DNA from: Catajapyx aquilonaris
Taxonomy: Eukaryota
Length of the DNA stretch: 39,265 nt
Direction of reading: 5' to 3'
Assembly: GCA_000934665.2 (NCBI GenBank)
Contig: KZ538942.1
Coordinates: 1 to 39,265, forward strand
A model generated the notes under the pieces. It was not told the DNA's origin. It made no database searches and saw nothing but the letters and a program-made list of their open reading frames with translations. The translations under genes and the position numbers were made by a program. Positions 1 to 11,552 of this stretch are shown piece by piece (positions within the stretch are counted from its first letter, which is position 1; every line of letters begins with the position of its first letter).

Positions 1-1379
1 GTGATGGTAGCCTACGCGAACGCAATGGCCGTAGAATTACCGAGGTTAGATGCGCAACACCATCATTATTTTTGCGTTAAACTCCTGATAATGAATATAG
101 CCATTCACTCTATTGTATAGAGCTGCTCCGGGATTAAGAATAATCCAACCACCGCCTTATCTAAATGTCACCCACTCCGGATCACCCACCGCGACAACTG
201 AGGGCGATAAGTAGTTTGGAAATATGCGGAGTTTTCATATGAATCTGACTTAATCCCGAATCAAGTACTTGTACGTGTATACTACTTAGTACCCTCAAGA
301 TGTCATTCACTCCCACATCATTGATGCTTACACATTAATCTTAATGGCAAGTGATTACCTAAGGTCTAGTTGGTCAATGAGACAAATGCACAAAATACCC
401 GTCCATTAATAGTGTCTGGGGATTTTGGCGGGTAGTTTTTGAGTACTGACCGTACTACACAAATTGTGCTGCGACTTGTCAGTTATTGTTACCTATCAGT
501 GCAGCACGTCGTGCATTTAGATATAAAAGGATGATGCAAAATACTTGTCCTATTTCAGATGCGGTTTTTTCATACTAAACCTCTTATTATCGCCCAGCTA
601 CTTTGGAATGGTTACTTTTAATAGTCATAAAAATATTTTTGGTTGGCCTGAACAAAATTGGTTCCATCACTGACGTTCGCTGCATATTATTGTTCCAATC
701 GGTCATTCCCAATCATAAATTAATTGCAATTCATAGTCTATTTGGATAGGTGAATCAATTCTGTCTAAAATATGCAGCTAATATTTTCGTAATCACTAAA
801 AGTAACAATTCCACAAATAACTGCCTGGTAATTATAAGTAGGCTAATAAAAAATCGAAAAAAATGACAAGTATTATGATATGGACCACCCTGCATGTACC
901 TGCGAATGGTTTTATTTCCGTCTCAATACTACTTCATCAATTGACTACCCAATTTATATGAAATGTGTAACAAAAATGGTAAACTCTGCGCAGTTGCAAT
1001 ATAATCTGCCCCCAGCACTTATGAGATCAACATCCTCGTCAATGAATAACAAAAATATATATGTTGTAACACTATATATAAGTATATATACACGAGCCGC
1101 GTGCGCTTGACACACGCGTTTTCCAATTACCCCGTGTGGTAATCAAAATTTTATCAACCTCGAGTATGACTGAATAAGGCCTGGAATTAATTATCACTAA
1201 CCATTATTATAATATCGTATGACACGTATACGATATGTAACCTGACAGAACTGCTTCAGTAAATAAATGTGGTACTCTCTCATATACAATGCAATGTATT
1301 TTGTGTACATTCTGCACAAGTGTAGAGTGTATAGACACACCTTAAAGAGAAGCAACACGTTATTGGGGAATAATTTCCG

Positions 1380-1626
1380 GGATGGAGAGGCGCGGATCTC
1401 CACCTCTGCCGCCCCGCCCTGTTCCCGCCCCATCCCTCTGCAATCCATCCCTTTTGTTCGCATTTCCAACCCTGGTCAGCTGTTTTGATCCTCCAGTATG
1501 GAGTAAGGTTTAGGCCTAATCAGCAAGGTCAGCCCTGCCAATATCGCCTCGGCCTTTTATATGCAACATTTTGCCAAAAACGTCGATGTTTTGACGCAGG
1601 GCTTAAAGGCTGGAATAGCAGGACTC
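1380..1626 (+). promoter_or_regulatory. Probable WIPI2 promoter / 5' UTR region
   Basis: GC/CpG-richer patch immediately upstream of the ATG with a GC-box-like GCCCCGCCC near 1410; a second GGGGCGGGCGGG lies in intron 1 near 1787. TSS not determined. Confidence 0.4.
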
Positions 1627-1697
1627 ATGAATCTGGCAAGACAAGAGGGCGAACCTGCCAGTGGAGTCTTCTTTGTCAATTTCAACCAGGATTGCAC
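1627..1697 (+). CDS. WIPI2: WIPI2 coding exon 1 ([23 protein letters not shown])
   Basis: ATG at 1627, FNQD motif typical of Atg18/WIPI N-termini, donor AC|gtaagt at 1698. Confidence 0.92.
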
Positions 1698-4600
1698 GTA
1701 AGTTTGGGGGTGTTTTGGATGTGTGTTGGCTCAGTGGGCGCGCCTGATAGGCTGAGCTTCTTGTTTCTGCTCATTCACACCACAGGGGGGCGGGCGGGAC
1801 GGACAGAGAGAAAGACTGGGAGGGTGATTGGGGAGTGGGAGGGTGCACAAGGCCTCTAAACTGTTGCCCTTCTCCTAGCCCTGCCCAGGGCAGGCTTCTG
1901 CAGGCACTGCAATGTTGACTCTCAGGACGCTTTTTGCAGCCAAAGATCCCCTTACGTTGTGTGTTTCGGTCCAGGCCACCACTTTCCAACATGTGTTAGT
2001 ATGACCTTTGTTTCGTTGGGGGTGTGGTCGGGGGGCGCGAGCACTTCGGAGCAGGTGGAAGTTGGTGACCAACATGCTTGTGTCTTTCAGATCGCTTGCA
2101 GTGGGAACAAAGACCGGCTACCGACTATTCTCCTTGAGCTCTGTCGATAAACTCGAACAAATCTACGAAAATGGTGAGTGTGGTGACATTGTATGGTGGC
2201 CGATATTTCCACTTGACCAACCAGCGGAAAGTAGTTGGAACAATTTTAGATGGAAGAAAATGCATGCTGCTTTGGGATCATTGTAGATAAATTTGTGGCC
2301 GACGAGTTTAGACCCATCGCCCAGAAGTTTGCCTGAAGTATATTGTTGTTTATATTTCAAATGTACCGTTACCCACCCTAGGTCACCACTCGTGCATGAA
2401 AGGCTCTGCAGAGTGTGGATTTATGATTATGCAAGTTGTATTACTGCGAGCTCATTTTGTAGGTCAGCTTGTACAGTGGACTCCAGATATAACAGCCTTG
2501 GTTATAGCAGACTCGAAAGGCTGGTCCCTGCATACTGCCATATACTCGTACAGTCTGTTGAAGGAAAGAATGATCTGACGTCATGTTCAGCCCTGCCTCC
2601 ACCCATTTCTTATGGCCTCTCATGCCCCCCAAATAAATTGCTCTGCAAGCATACTACTGGCATGCTCAGAAAACATGGCTGGTGTGACGTCAGATCGTTC
2701 TTTTGTTGAATAGACTGGATGGCTTTTGCATTTGGCTATAACAGAATCAGTTATCGCAGACTGATTTTCGTGGTCTGTTATGTCTGGAGTCTACTGTACA
2801 TGCATGTGTCTGATTCTTGGGTGAAGTCACAATAACATGACTGATGCATGTTGCAGTCTAAGGAGAGTACCTTTCCACAAGTAATATCAGTTCAATGAGT
2901 AATTTAAGCATTGCAAATAGTGTGGTTTGCTTCTTGAGTTGTCATTGATGGCCTAATTATGTTGTGTTCTGAAGCTTGTGAGAATCTGGAGCTAAAGCAT
3001 GAGCAAACTCCATTCATCTATTGAATCTATGGATGACTCCCGGGACCAAGGGGGTTTCAGAAGTGCCTTCAATTTCTCGCTCACACTTTTGCTAAGGCCA
3101 TTTCTCTTGAGCTTGGGCCTAACTCTTGATTGTCACTGGCAGCTTGAAAGTGATTCAAATTACTGAAGTTCAAATATGAGCCACTGCTAGAGGTTTGGAT
3201 AACTGTATTGGTCAGAACTTGTTTCATATTCATTGATGTATACAGACATTAATACAGAATGACATGTTACTTGTAGAAATGGAAGACATCTGCATCGTGG
3301 AAAGGTTATTTTCTAGCAGCCTGGTGGCTGTTGTCAGCCTCTCATCTCCCCGAAAGCTGAAAGTCTGCCACTTCAAGAAAGGAACAGAAATATGTAACTA
3401 CAGCTATTCCAACACAATTCTGGCTGTGAAGCTGAACCGAGCAGTAAGTACAAAATCATGGCTGTGGAGCCAGGTAACCTTAACTGCTCTTGTTCACAGA
3501 GGCTGGTGGTTTGCCTGGAGGAATCACTTTACATACACAACATTCGTGACATGAAAGTTCTTCACACCATAAGAGACACACCTCCTAATCCATCTGGACT
3601 GTGCGCCCTTTCCATAAACAGTGATAATTGCTACCTTGCATATCCAGGCTCAAGCACCATTGGGGAAGTGCAAATATTTGATGCATTCAATTTGGTAATA
3701 TCAGGAATGATAGGTTTTTTTTAGTTCAACTTTTCATAAAAGGTGTCTTTTCAGCAAGCAAAAACCATGATCCCAGCTCATGACAGCCCACTGGCATCTC
3801 TTGCTTTTAATCCAGCAGGAACAAAGATAGCAACCGCCTCAGAGAAGGGCACTGTCATTAGAGTGTTTGCAGTTCAGGATGGCTCAAAGCTGTTTGAATT
3901 CAGACGTGGTGTCAAGCGTTGTGCTAGCATATACAGCTTGGCATTTAGTGCAGATTCACTCTTCCTAGCCTGTTCCAGCAACACTGAAACAGTGCATGTA
4001 TTCAAACTGGAGGATCCCAAAGAGATGTGAGTACATATTATTAAAGGTAACCATTTTAAACTTCATGTATCGTATATTTGCAGGCAACGACAAGGGTCTG
4101 ATGAGGTTCAGGGCTGGATAGGGTACTTAAGTAAAGCAGTCTCGGCCTCCGCCAATTATCTGCCATCACAGGTCACTGATGTCTTCAGCCAAGGTCGAGC
4201 TTTTGCATCCATTCATCTGCCATTCCAGGGTCTGCGAAATGTATGCACCATAGCAATGTGAGTATGTGCCTGGGCACAGGAAGCTTGTGTGTGACTTACA
4301 TGAGTATGAATGGCTCCTTTCTGGTGCGACTCGGTGGCGGAGTGGTTAGCGCCGCAGCCTTCCACCTCGAAGGTTCCAAGTTCGATCCCCGGGTCGGACG
4401 GAGGATACTTATGTGGATAGAGTTTCGATGGGTTCTCTCCGTGTTCGCGTGGGTTTTCTTGGGGTTCTCCTGTTTCCTCCCACTATCAAAATCCATCACA
4501 GCAAAGGCAATGATTAAAGTCGGTCAATTAAAATATGATCTCCTAAAATGCTCAAGGAGGTTTATCACAGGGTATCCATTATTATTATTATTATAGTATG

Positions 4601-7600
4601 AGTGGCTCTTTTCTGCTGTTGTATGAAGAGTCTTGGATTAGGTAATGTGAATGTGTTGTTTATTTGAAAGACCATTCAGTTGAACTGTAGCTTAACCTGT
4701 TCTCTGACCCATTTTAAAACTGTAAGAAACTTAAGATGAATGCAGATGTTTATGCTGAATTATGCAGTACTGTGTGATGTGGAGAATTACCAAATTATGT
4801 GGGTCAACAAGGCATACAACATGGTTAACACAATGAAGCCTTTAATATGCCAGTGTTTGAGTAACGCTTTTCCACACGTTCTTACTTGCTCATTATAGGT
4901 TTTGTTATGGCTTAGCAAATATTACTGTTGCAGGATTCAAAAGACGCTGTGGGTGCTGGTGGCCTCAGCTGATGGTTACCTTTATGTGTACAGCCTCGAC
5001 TCCACAGAAGGTGGTGACTGCACGCTTGTGAAGCAGCATCGGTATGTGTTGACTCTTTTCTTGCATGAGATTAGTGACTTGCCATTTTTTTCTCAGGCTG
5101 GACGGAAAGTGCGAGCAGCCAAGTGGCAATGCTGCCGCCACTGAAAAAGTGGCTGCAAATGCAAATCCGCCGGCTACGCCAAAGTCCAAGTCAAGTCCCA
5201 CAGGTATTTTTCTTTCAAATTTCCTTGTACCTCGTAGGAGGAACAGCTTCATTTTGGCCTTGTCTTTGCCTGCACGAGTGTTGGAAACATTCCTGTGCGG
5301 TAAAGAGTGGCCCAGAAGTTAATGGTAGCAGTCAGGATGCTTACATGAAAGTGGCAACTGTATATCATGGCTGAGTCTTGCTATTGCTCTGTCAGAGATA
5401 TGAGAGCGGGGTCAAGGGCATTGAGAGTAAATTGCTTTTACAAACATTTTGAAGTCTGGTCAAATGAAATTGGTGAAATATGAATAAATCATGCCTTTTA
5501 TGTGAAACAAGGTTCACCTGTAGTACCACACAGTTTTCTGTTGGGATTGCTTTGGGTGATGATAAAGAGATGTGTTTCTGCCATTTTAATGAAATCTATG
5601 ATTGCCCAGTGTGATAGGGTAGGCCAATCTATGTTTCTTATTGGTTTTTCAGCTCCTATTCCTCACCACCTTGCCCCCTTGCCACCCCTTGCCCTGCACT
5701 GCGTATGTTTATAAAATAACATGTGTAATTACTCATGACAGTACATTTGTGATATTGCAGCATTATTCCATTGCATTTCACGGATCAGTAGTAAAAATTC
5801 CCTTGAAACTACAAATCACAGCACATCCTCCTGGCCTTCCCACAAGTGAAAGTGGGTATCTACATAACACACTACACTGCAAAAAGCATGATATATAATT
5901 ATTATTTGCACCTGCCTGCCTAGTTTTTATACTTTTAAAAATTCACACTTGATATTATTCATTGCAATGTAGTGTAAGGATCCTAAGATTCCCACATGCA
6001 AATCTGCCCCTTTTGTTCATTTAGGGGGGAAGTCGACAGGGGTACCACATTTCTTATCACAATCACAATCTTTTACACTATTGTATTGTAGTACAGGAAG
6101 CCCCGGTATACGCATGACCCGCCTTACAGCGATCTGTAATTACGAAAGGGCTACTAAGGCTCCCAGGAAGGAAAATTTATAATTATTTTTCCTCTTTCAA
6201 TCACTTCTTCATACGTTGACCGACACCAAGTTCAGCATAAATACTGCAGAAGTAATCAACAAGATTGGCAAATCACGTGAGCATGATTAGAGTAGACTTT
6301 TTCATGTTTACTGCTATTGTCCCCAACATCCATTACGGAACTGAGACTGAACCTGAAACCAGCCATAACTCATTTTCGGCCAAAAGTGGACTTACCCCTT
6401 TCCCCCTCCCTCTCCCTATCCCCACCTCCTCCTGCCCCCAGACCGCCCCTTTCCCCTGTTAAAAAATCTATCCTAGAGCAAACCCATCTCTTAGACCGTT
6501 TCTCATCCATCGAAAAAAGTGTTATACCACGGCTCTGTCTGTCCATCTATAAACTGGTACTGTATCAGGTATCAGGGGGCAGGAGGGAGGGGGGAAAGGG
6601 ATGCTCTGGGGAGAATGGGTGGTCAGGGGTAGGGGGTGGTGGGGGGGAGGGGGCAGCCAGGGGGAAGGGACGGATAGAGTGAACCCGGAACCCGAAAATC
6701 GAAAAAGAGTCTTAGAGCACGGCTCTGTCTGTCTGATACCTGTCCACAGACAGACAGAGCCGTTCTATAAGACTTTCTCTCTCCAAAAAGTCTAATAATT
6801 GGGAAACCACATTCTTTGCGCATGTAAACAGACACACGTGATGTTAGTGGTTCGTTGGAGTAGGATCTTGATGCTGTATATATGCACTGTTCCTCAGGAA
6901 TCCGAGTTACATACAAATCCGACTTATGGAGATTTTCAGGAATGTAACCCTGTTCATAGACTGGGGACTACCTGTATATTGTATTCATTCCACTTGGTAC
7001 TCTGCGGACTTCCCACTTAAATCAACTACAGGTGTGGTGTACATGTGCAATTTGAGGATCCGTAGACTATAATGGCTTTCAATTTGTAATGAGCAAGTAT
7101 CTTAAATCAAGAAAAATATATTTGATATGTGTATAGGGGCCTACACATATGAATCCCAGGACCTGCCTTATTCCTTATGTTGGGAATCTGGGGAGGTGTG
7201 GTGGCCGAGATGGTAATGTCTCAGCTTGCTGAGGGAAAGGTCCCAGGTTCGATCCCCGCCTGGGAGTTCCCTTTCGCCTGCGTCGGCGAGGGTCTCTGAC
7301 CCACACCTTGGAGGTGTCTGGCAACCTAACCTCCTGGGGGACTGCACATGGTCCAAACTTGAGACATTGAACCTGTACCGGTGTCCCCTCCCCAACAATC
7401 CCTATCCCTACCATACATCCCGAAGTCCTTCCACGGTGGTTGAAGAAAAATGGAAAATGATTCTCAATGGTAGTAATCCACCCCCCTATAAACCCTAATT
7501 GGGTTATCACGGGGTAATAGAAGTAAAAATTATGTTGGGAATCTGGCAGTCAGTGCTGACCACTCTAGTACCTGGATCAAACTTTTTCAAAAGGAGCTAT

Positions 7601-9857
7601 GCATTCACATTGTACATGTGACTGGCAACTAAACTACGAGGGTTGAGTCACTCAAAAGTCATGGCGCGTATTTTTTTATTCAAGAACGGTAATACATGCA
7701 GAGATGACCTTTGCTGAGATTTGAAGATCCGGCAATTACAATTTTATCTGGCATATAGATGTCGCCCATATCGCAGGGGGGCAAAGGGGGAATGTGGACC
7801 CCCCCCCAACCGCACCATCACCCTAAGACGACCTGCCGCGCTTGGAGCTGTTGGACACTGCATGAGGGACACTCGGAGATGGACAACACTGGAGCTTGCT
7901 TTCAAGTGTGGGACAAGTCAGAGCACTATGACTGGAGCCATGTGTCATCTATCGCCACAGACAGTTTTAAAAAACCATCACCCTCAATACGATAGAGTTC
8001 CAAGCGAGGGAAAAATGGCGGTACTTTTGCACCTCAAAGAGATGGCGAGGAACCAGTGAGGATGGCAACTTCCTGAGACCTGTCAGTCTTTCAGAGTCCT
8101 AAGCATAGTGCTCGGACTTGTCCCACACGCAAAATCAAGCTCCCGTGTTGTCCATCGCCGAGTGTCCAGCATGCAACATCCAACAGCTCCAAGCGCATCA
8201 GGCTCGGGATGTCTCAGGGCGATGGTGCGGTGGGGGGAGGGGGGGGGGTCACATTCCCCCTTCTTCCCCCCCCCCTCCCCCGATGATATCTATATGCCAG
8301 ATAAAATTGTAATCACCGGATCTTCAAAACTCAGCAAAGGTCATGTCTGTATGTGTTACCGTTTTTGAATAAAAAAATACGCGCCATGACTTTTGACTCA
8401 ACCCTCGTATGAAAACCTACTCAACATGATTGGTGCTACCCTATCCTTCAATGGAGTGTTGAGCCTGTTAACAGTGGGCAATGTCATCAGTTTCATTAAA
8501 TGTAAGTTTTAGTGAACAATGTACAAGTGCCATCAACCATTGGTATTAAAATTAATATTTTGAAAAGTAGGTCTTACTTCGTCAGTAAGGGGTGGCATCT
8601 CTTTTTTCAAGTGGGTAACAGGTACTTTCAAGACAGGAAAGAGAGAGTATGTGAGATGAAATGTGTGAGTAAACATTCTTGTGCACATAAAATCAATGAT
8701 AATTCCATTCATCTCATTTGTAAAATAAAAAAATTCTCAATGCCTTTTGACCCTTCCTTTTAGTTTGCCTACATGATTTTGTCTAGTTTAAACTAGTGGG
8801 AATTTAAACATAGCTTTCTGTGTCTGCCATATTGATTTTCACTTCCTGATTATTCCATTATTCCATATATTCCCAAGCATGACAAATACTAAACAGCATG
8901 GTTTTACAACTGTGATGTTATTGGGCTCGAAGGCTTTGAGTGTCTCGTGCCACTAAACGAGCACAGTGTAATGCATGCTGTTGGAAGTGATTGTATGGGA
9001 ATAACCGTCTACATTGTGTGTTTTACACCTTTAGCCAGGGTCGAATTTAGGGAATCCTTAGAAAACTGAGCACTATGGAAGACATTTCCAAATCTGGCCA
9101 TATCTTAAATGCAAAGCCAATGCTGCAGAGATAACTTGAGATGCACCTGGCTAAAGGCTTGTTGTCAACCCACTGACACAAGTTTTTTATACTGCTCTAG
9201 GCTCCATTAGTAGCTACGCAGGGATAGTGAAGGGGCACTCTCCCAGCGGCATGTCAGGTACTGGTATGCTGATGTAATGGCTGTTGCCAAGGTAGTACAA
9301 ATTGGTCTGCTATCACATCCCGCCTCTCTTTGTCTTGCCAGAAGGGGAAACAAGCTTTTTACTGATCAGTGCAGGTGTCCTCTCAGAATCTCACTCTTTC
9401 AAATCAGGCGGAGGTGTATTGTCAGTTGGTGATATTGCCCTGGTTGGCGCGACAGCCTGCACAGCACTGGGGGTGGGGGTGCCTGTGTTTTGTTCCGCTC
9501 GAGCACAAGTTGCAGAGAAAAATGTGCTTCCCTAAGTTAGTAGGCAGACCTTTAATAACAAAGTGAAATGAAAACTGTTAACAGCACTTTTGCACTGTGG
9601 ATGTCATATGATTTTTCTTGGGTTTATTATGATGCTTTGTAACAAGTGTTTTTCATAACAATCATCACTCTTGTAGCATAGCAAAGAGATTAACTGTATA
9701 TGAGGATGTGGAGACTTGGATTTCTTATATACTTATTTACTTTGTAGATTCAGAGAAGTTCCATGAGATGGCTGCAGCTGCAGAGTCGCCTCCAAAAGGT
9801 GGTTTTTGCTTTGATGATGATAGCGAATTTCCTCCTGTCATGCAAAAGATGGGCTGA
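1627..9857 (+). CDS. WIPI2: WD-repeat phosphoinositide-interacting protein 2 (Atg18/PROPPIN family), spliced gene, 10 coding exons, 447 aa
   Basis: Exons 1627-1697, 2091-2173, 3277-3443, 3500-3694, 3755-4026, 4084-4257, 4934-5041, 5097-5203, 9201-9257 and 9748-9857 have GT-AG boundaries with consistent phases and total 1344 nt. Translation [29 protein letters not shown]...[16 protein letters not shown]...[11 protein letters not shown]...[15 protein letters not shown] matches WIPI2/Atg18a, with the FRRG lipid-binding motif at 3899-3910. Confidence 0.95.
2091..2173 (+). CDS. WIPI2: WIPI2 coding exon 2 ([27 protein letters not shown])
   Basis: Acceptor tctttcag| at 2090, donor G|gtgagt at 2174, phase-consistent. 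Confidence 0.95.
2474..2796. mobile_element. pogo/Tigger-type MITE in WIPI2 intron 2
   Basis: TIR CAGTGGACTCCAGATATAACAG matches the reverse complement of the right end, CAGTAGACTCCAGACATAACAG (20/22); TA on both sides. Confidence 0.85.
3277..3443 (+). CDS. WIPI2: WIPI2 coding exon 3
   Basis: [54 protein letters not shown]; ttgtag| acceptor, |gtaagt donor. Confidence 0.95.
3500..3694 (+). CDS. WIPI2: WIPI2 coding exon 4
   Basis: [38 protein letters not shown]...FDAFNL; 56-bp upstream intron. Confidence 0.95.
3755..4026 (+). CDS. WIPI2: WIPI2 coding exon 5 (FRRG motif)
   Basis: [38 protein letters not shown]...[10 protein letters not shown]...[10 protein letters not shown]; donor AT|gtgagt. 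Confidence 0.96.
4084..4257 (+). CDS. WIPI2: WIPI2 coding exon 6
   Basis: [57 protein letters not shown]. Not in the ORF track; read manually, phase-consistent. Confidence 0.93.
4324..4594 (+). mobile_element. tRNA-derived SINE with V-domain core (V-SINE-like)
   Basis: Pol III A box TGGCGGAGTGG (4335-4345), B box GTTCGATCC (4380-4388), core TTCTCTCCGTGTTCGCGTGGGTTTTCTTGGGGTTCTCCTGTTTCCTCCCAC, (TTA)n tail, 21-bp target-site duplication at 4303-4323 / 4595-4615 with 2 mismatches. Confidence 0.88.
4934..5041 (+). CDS. WIPI2: WIPI2 coding exon 7
   Basis: [35 protein letters not shown]; donor CG|gtatgt. Confidence 0.94.
5097..5203 (+). CDS. WIPI2: WIPI2 coding exon 8
   Basis: [35 protein letters not shown]; tctcag| acceptor, G|gtattt donor. 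Confidence 0.85.
6390..6782. repeat. C-rich tract, G-rich tract, direct repeat and terminal stem-loop (unclassified repetitive element)
   Basis: C-runs 6395-6456; G-runs 6575-6670; TCGAAAAA..CACGGCTCTGTCTGTC occurs near 6510-6544 and 6699-6734; hairpin ACGGCTCTGTCTGTCTG / CAGACAGACAGAGCCGT at about 6719-6763. Confidence 0.55.
7192..7529 (+). mobile_element. tRNA-derived SINE (second family)
   Basis: A box TGGCCGAGATGG (7202-7213), B box GGTTCGATCCC (7246-7256), A-rich tail, perfect 17-bp TSD TTATGTTGGGAATCTGG at 7175-7191 and 7530-7546. Confidence 0.9.
7637..8407. mobile_element. mariner-derived foldback MITE (copy 1), arms of about 295 bp around a transposase fragment
   Basis: TA|CGAGGGTTGAGTC ... 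GACTCAACCCTCG|TA; arms about 7637-7930 and 8104-8407 are reverse complements; the spacer on - reads [14 protein letters not shown] (WVPHEL-like). Confidence 0.9.
9201..9257 (+). CDS. WIPI2: WIPI2 coding exon 9
   Basis: [18 protein letters not shown]; ctctag| acceptor, CAG|gtactg donor, symmetric phase 1-1, 57 nt. Confidence 0.75.
9748..9857 (+). CDS. WIPI2: WIPI2 terminal coding exon
   Basis: [35 protein letters not shown]; the acidic D-D-x-E-F-P-P tail is typical of WIPI1/2 C-termini; TGA at 9855-9857. Confidence 0.88.
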
Positions 9858-11257
9858 GGAGATGACAAGGTACAATCATAATCCTATGGATTTGTGGGTT
9901 GGTAAGGGTTAGCAAACTATCATCCTCTCTTGTTATAGGAACACAGCAATCATGGATGTGTAAGCAGTGGTGTCATGGAGTGGGAAAAACTTAATATCTG
10001 CCCATTTACACTGGTCTCTTGAATGACCTATTTGCATTGTGAGATTTGGATTGTTATTTTTATTTTTTCCAACTTGTATAGCTAATTTGGAAATTTCTGG
10101 AAGTGCAATTATTTTAGGGTGGTGAAGCTGTAGCAAGCAAAATTGTAAAATATACTTATATTTGTGCATTAGTGTGCAGGCATATTCCGAAGGATTTCTG
10201 CCCACAAAGTGAAGGGGGGGGGGGGGGGGNATTTAATGGCTCTTTTTTCCTCCTCAAAAGTTTCCAAAAAAATAATTAGATGGATATATGATATATACTA
10301 GGATATAATTCTCTTTTACATTTTTTATTTTCCAGCCATATTTCTACGTGTTTCTAACATTTTCCCTCGTTTAAATTCATGCACTGTGTCACTGCTCATG
10401 GTTGTTACATGTGGGAAACTTCTTTTTCAGAATTTCATGTAGGAATGTAGTTGGTTTTGTATACTGTGACTGTAATTTTAGTGAATGGAGGGAACTGGAC
10501 GACAAGGAAATATTTCCTTTGTGGGCAAAATGCAACAGCATATTGTATACAGCTTGTAAGTTATTTTGCAGTACGTATTTATGTCGAGTCACTTCCAAGG
10601 CATTTCCTAATCTTGTACAAAGGAGTCGTTTTTTCTGAGTATCAACATCATTTTCAGTAGGTGTACATAAGTGTATAATGTTGTGAACAGTACAATTGTA
10701 GCCGTATTGCCATCACAGTCGATGCCATAGGTTACATTTCCCTTTGCTTTTGGCGAAGACATCAGAAAGAGCAGGATGGGTTGGGGCACAAGTTGCTTTG
10801 TCATGGTGTCAATTTTTTAAATTGATGTATTTGTGACTATAGCACGTTGATAAGCCAGTGTATTTAATGTAAACTTGGAAAATGTTAGATAACGGTAATC
10901 TTACACTGCACGGTAAGCTTACTGTAAAAAAACAAGTATTTTGTGTACTTCTGAATCTGTATTTGATCTGAGGTCCAACTGTAATAAATTAAACAGCAGC
11001 TTTTCTTTCTTGCAGTCCTCATTTTCTGCCTTGGCAAAAAAAAAAAAAAAACAAGTTATGACCATAAAGCTATGTAACATGAAAAATGACAAGTGCAGCT
11101 GTTCCATCCTCCCTGTAACTCAGTGGCAGAGCCCATGCTTATGAACCCAGGTTGGATTCCTGGCAGGGATGCTTCATGCAGCTGTCGACGAGCTTGACAT
11201 GTTCTGCTTTTGCAGTATTGCTGTTGGGTGATTGCCTATTCAGATGTAACATGTTGG

Positions 11258-11263
11258 AATAAA
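11258..11263 (+). promoter_or_regulatory. Candidate WIPI2 polyadenylation signal
   Basis: AATAAA followed about 17 nt later by a GT-rich tract (TGTTGTTTGCTTGTGGT); would give a 3' UTR of about 1.4 kb. Confidence 0.45.
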
Positions 11264-11552
11264 AGTTGGAAATCTGAATTGTTGTTTGCTTGTGGTAGAA
11301 AAAAAGGGGAGGGGGTTAGAAGAAAAATCATGTTGTATGCTCAAGTATCCACTTTATTCCACTGGTTGTAGGCAGTTGAGATATTCCAAGAATTGAGCCA
11401 ATGGCCATGCAATATACATCTCCAGAAACATTCAAACAAAATGATGAAAGCTGTGCACCAATTAAGATGATGCAAATCTAACTAGGTAATGTGGATCAAA
11501 ATCAGTGCAATTTGTTGACAAATAAAATTAATGGAAAAGCAATCCATTGCAC

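Noticed and set aside
1..1340. Upstream gene or element before WIPI2, including small palindromes near 1098-1118 and 1213-1235
   Set aside because: No recognisable coding signal or element termini; the palindromes are short enough to be chance.
1485..1859. 124-aa ORF over the WIPI2 start
   Set aside because: It is in a different frame from the conserved WIPI2 exon 1, crosses the splice donor and has no recognisable motif.
4324..4400. tRNA genes at the A/B-box sequences (also 7192-7265 and 19948-20020)
   Set aside because: No clean cloverleaf is evident. Each continues into a SINE body and tail, and two are flanked by TSDs, so they are SINE heads.
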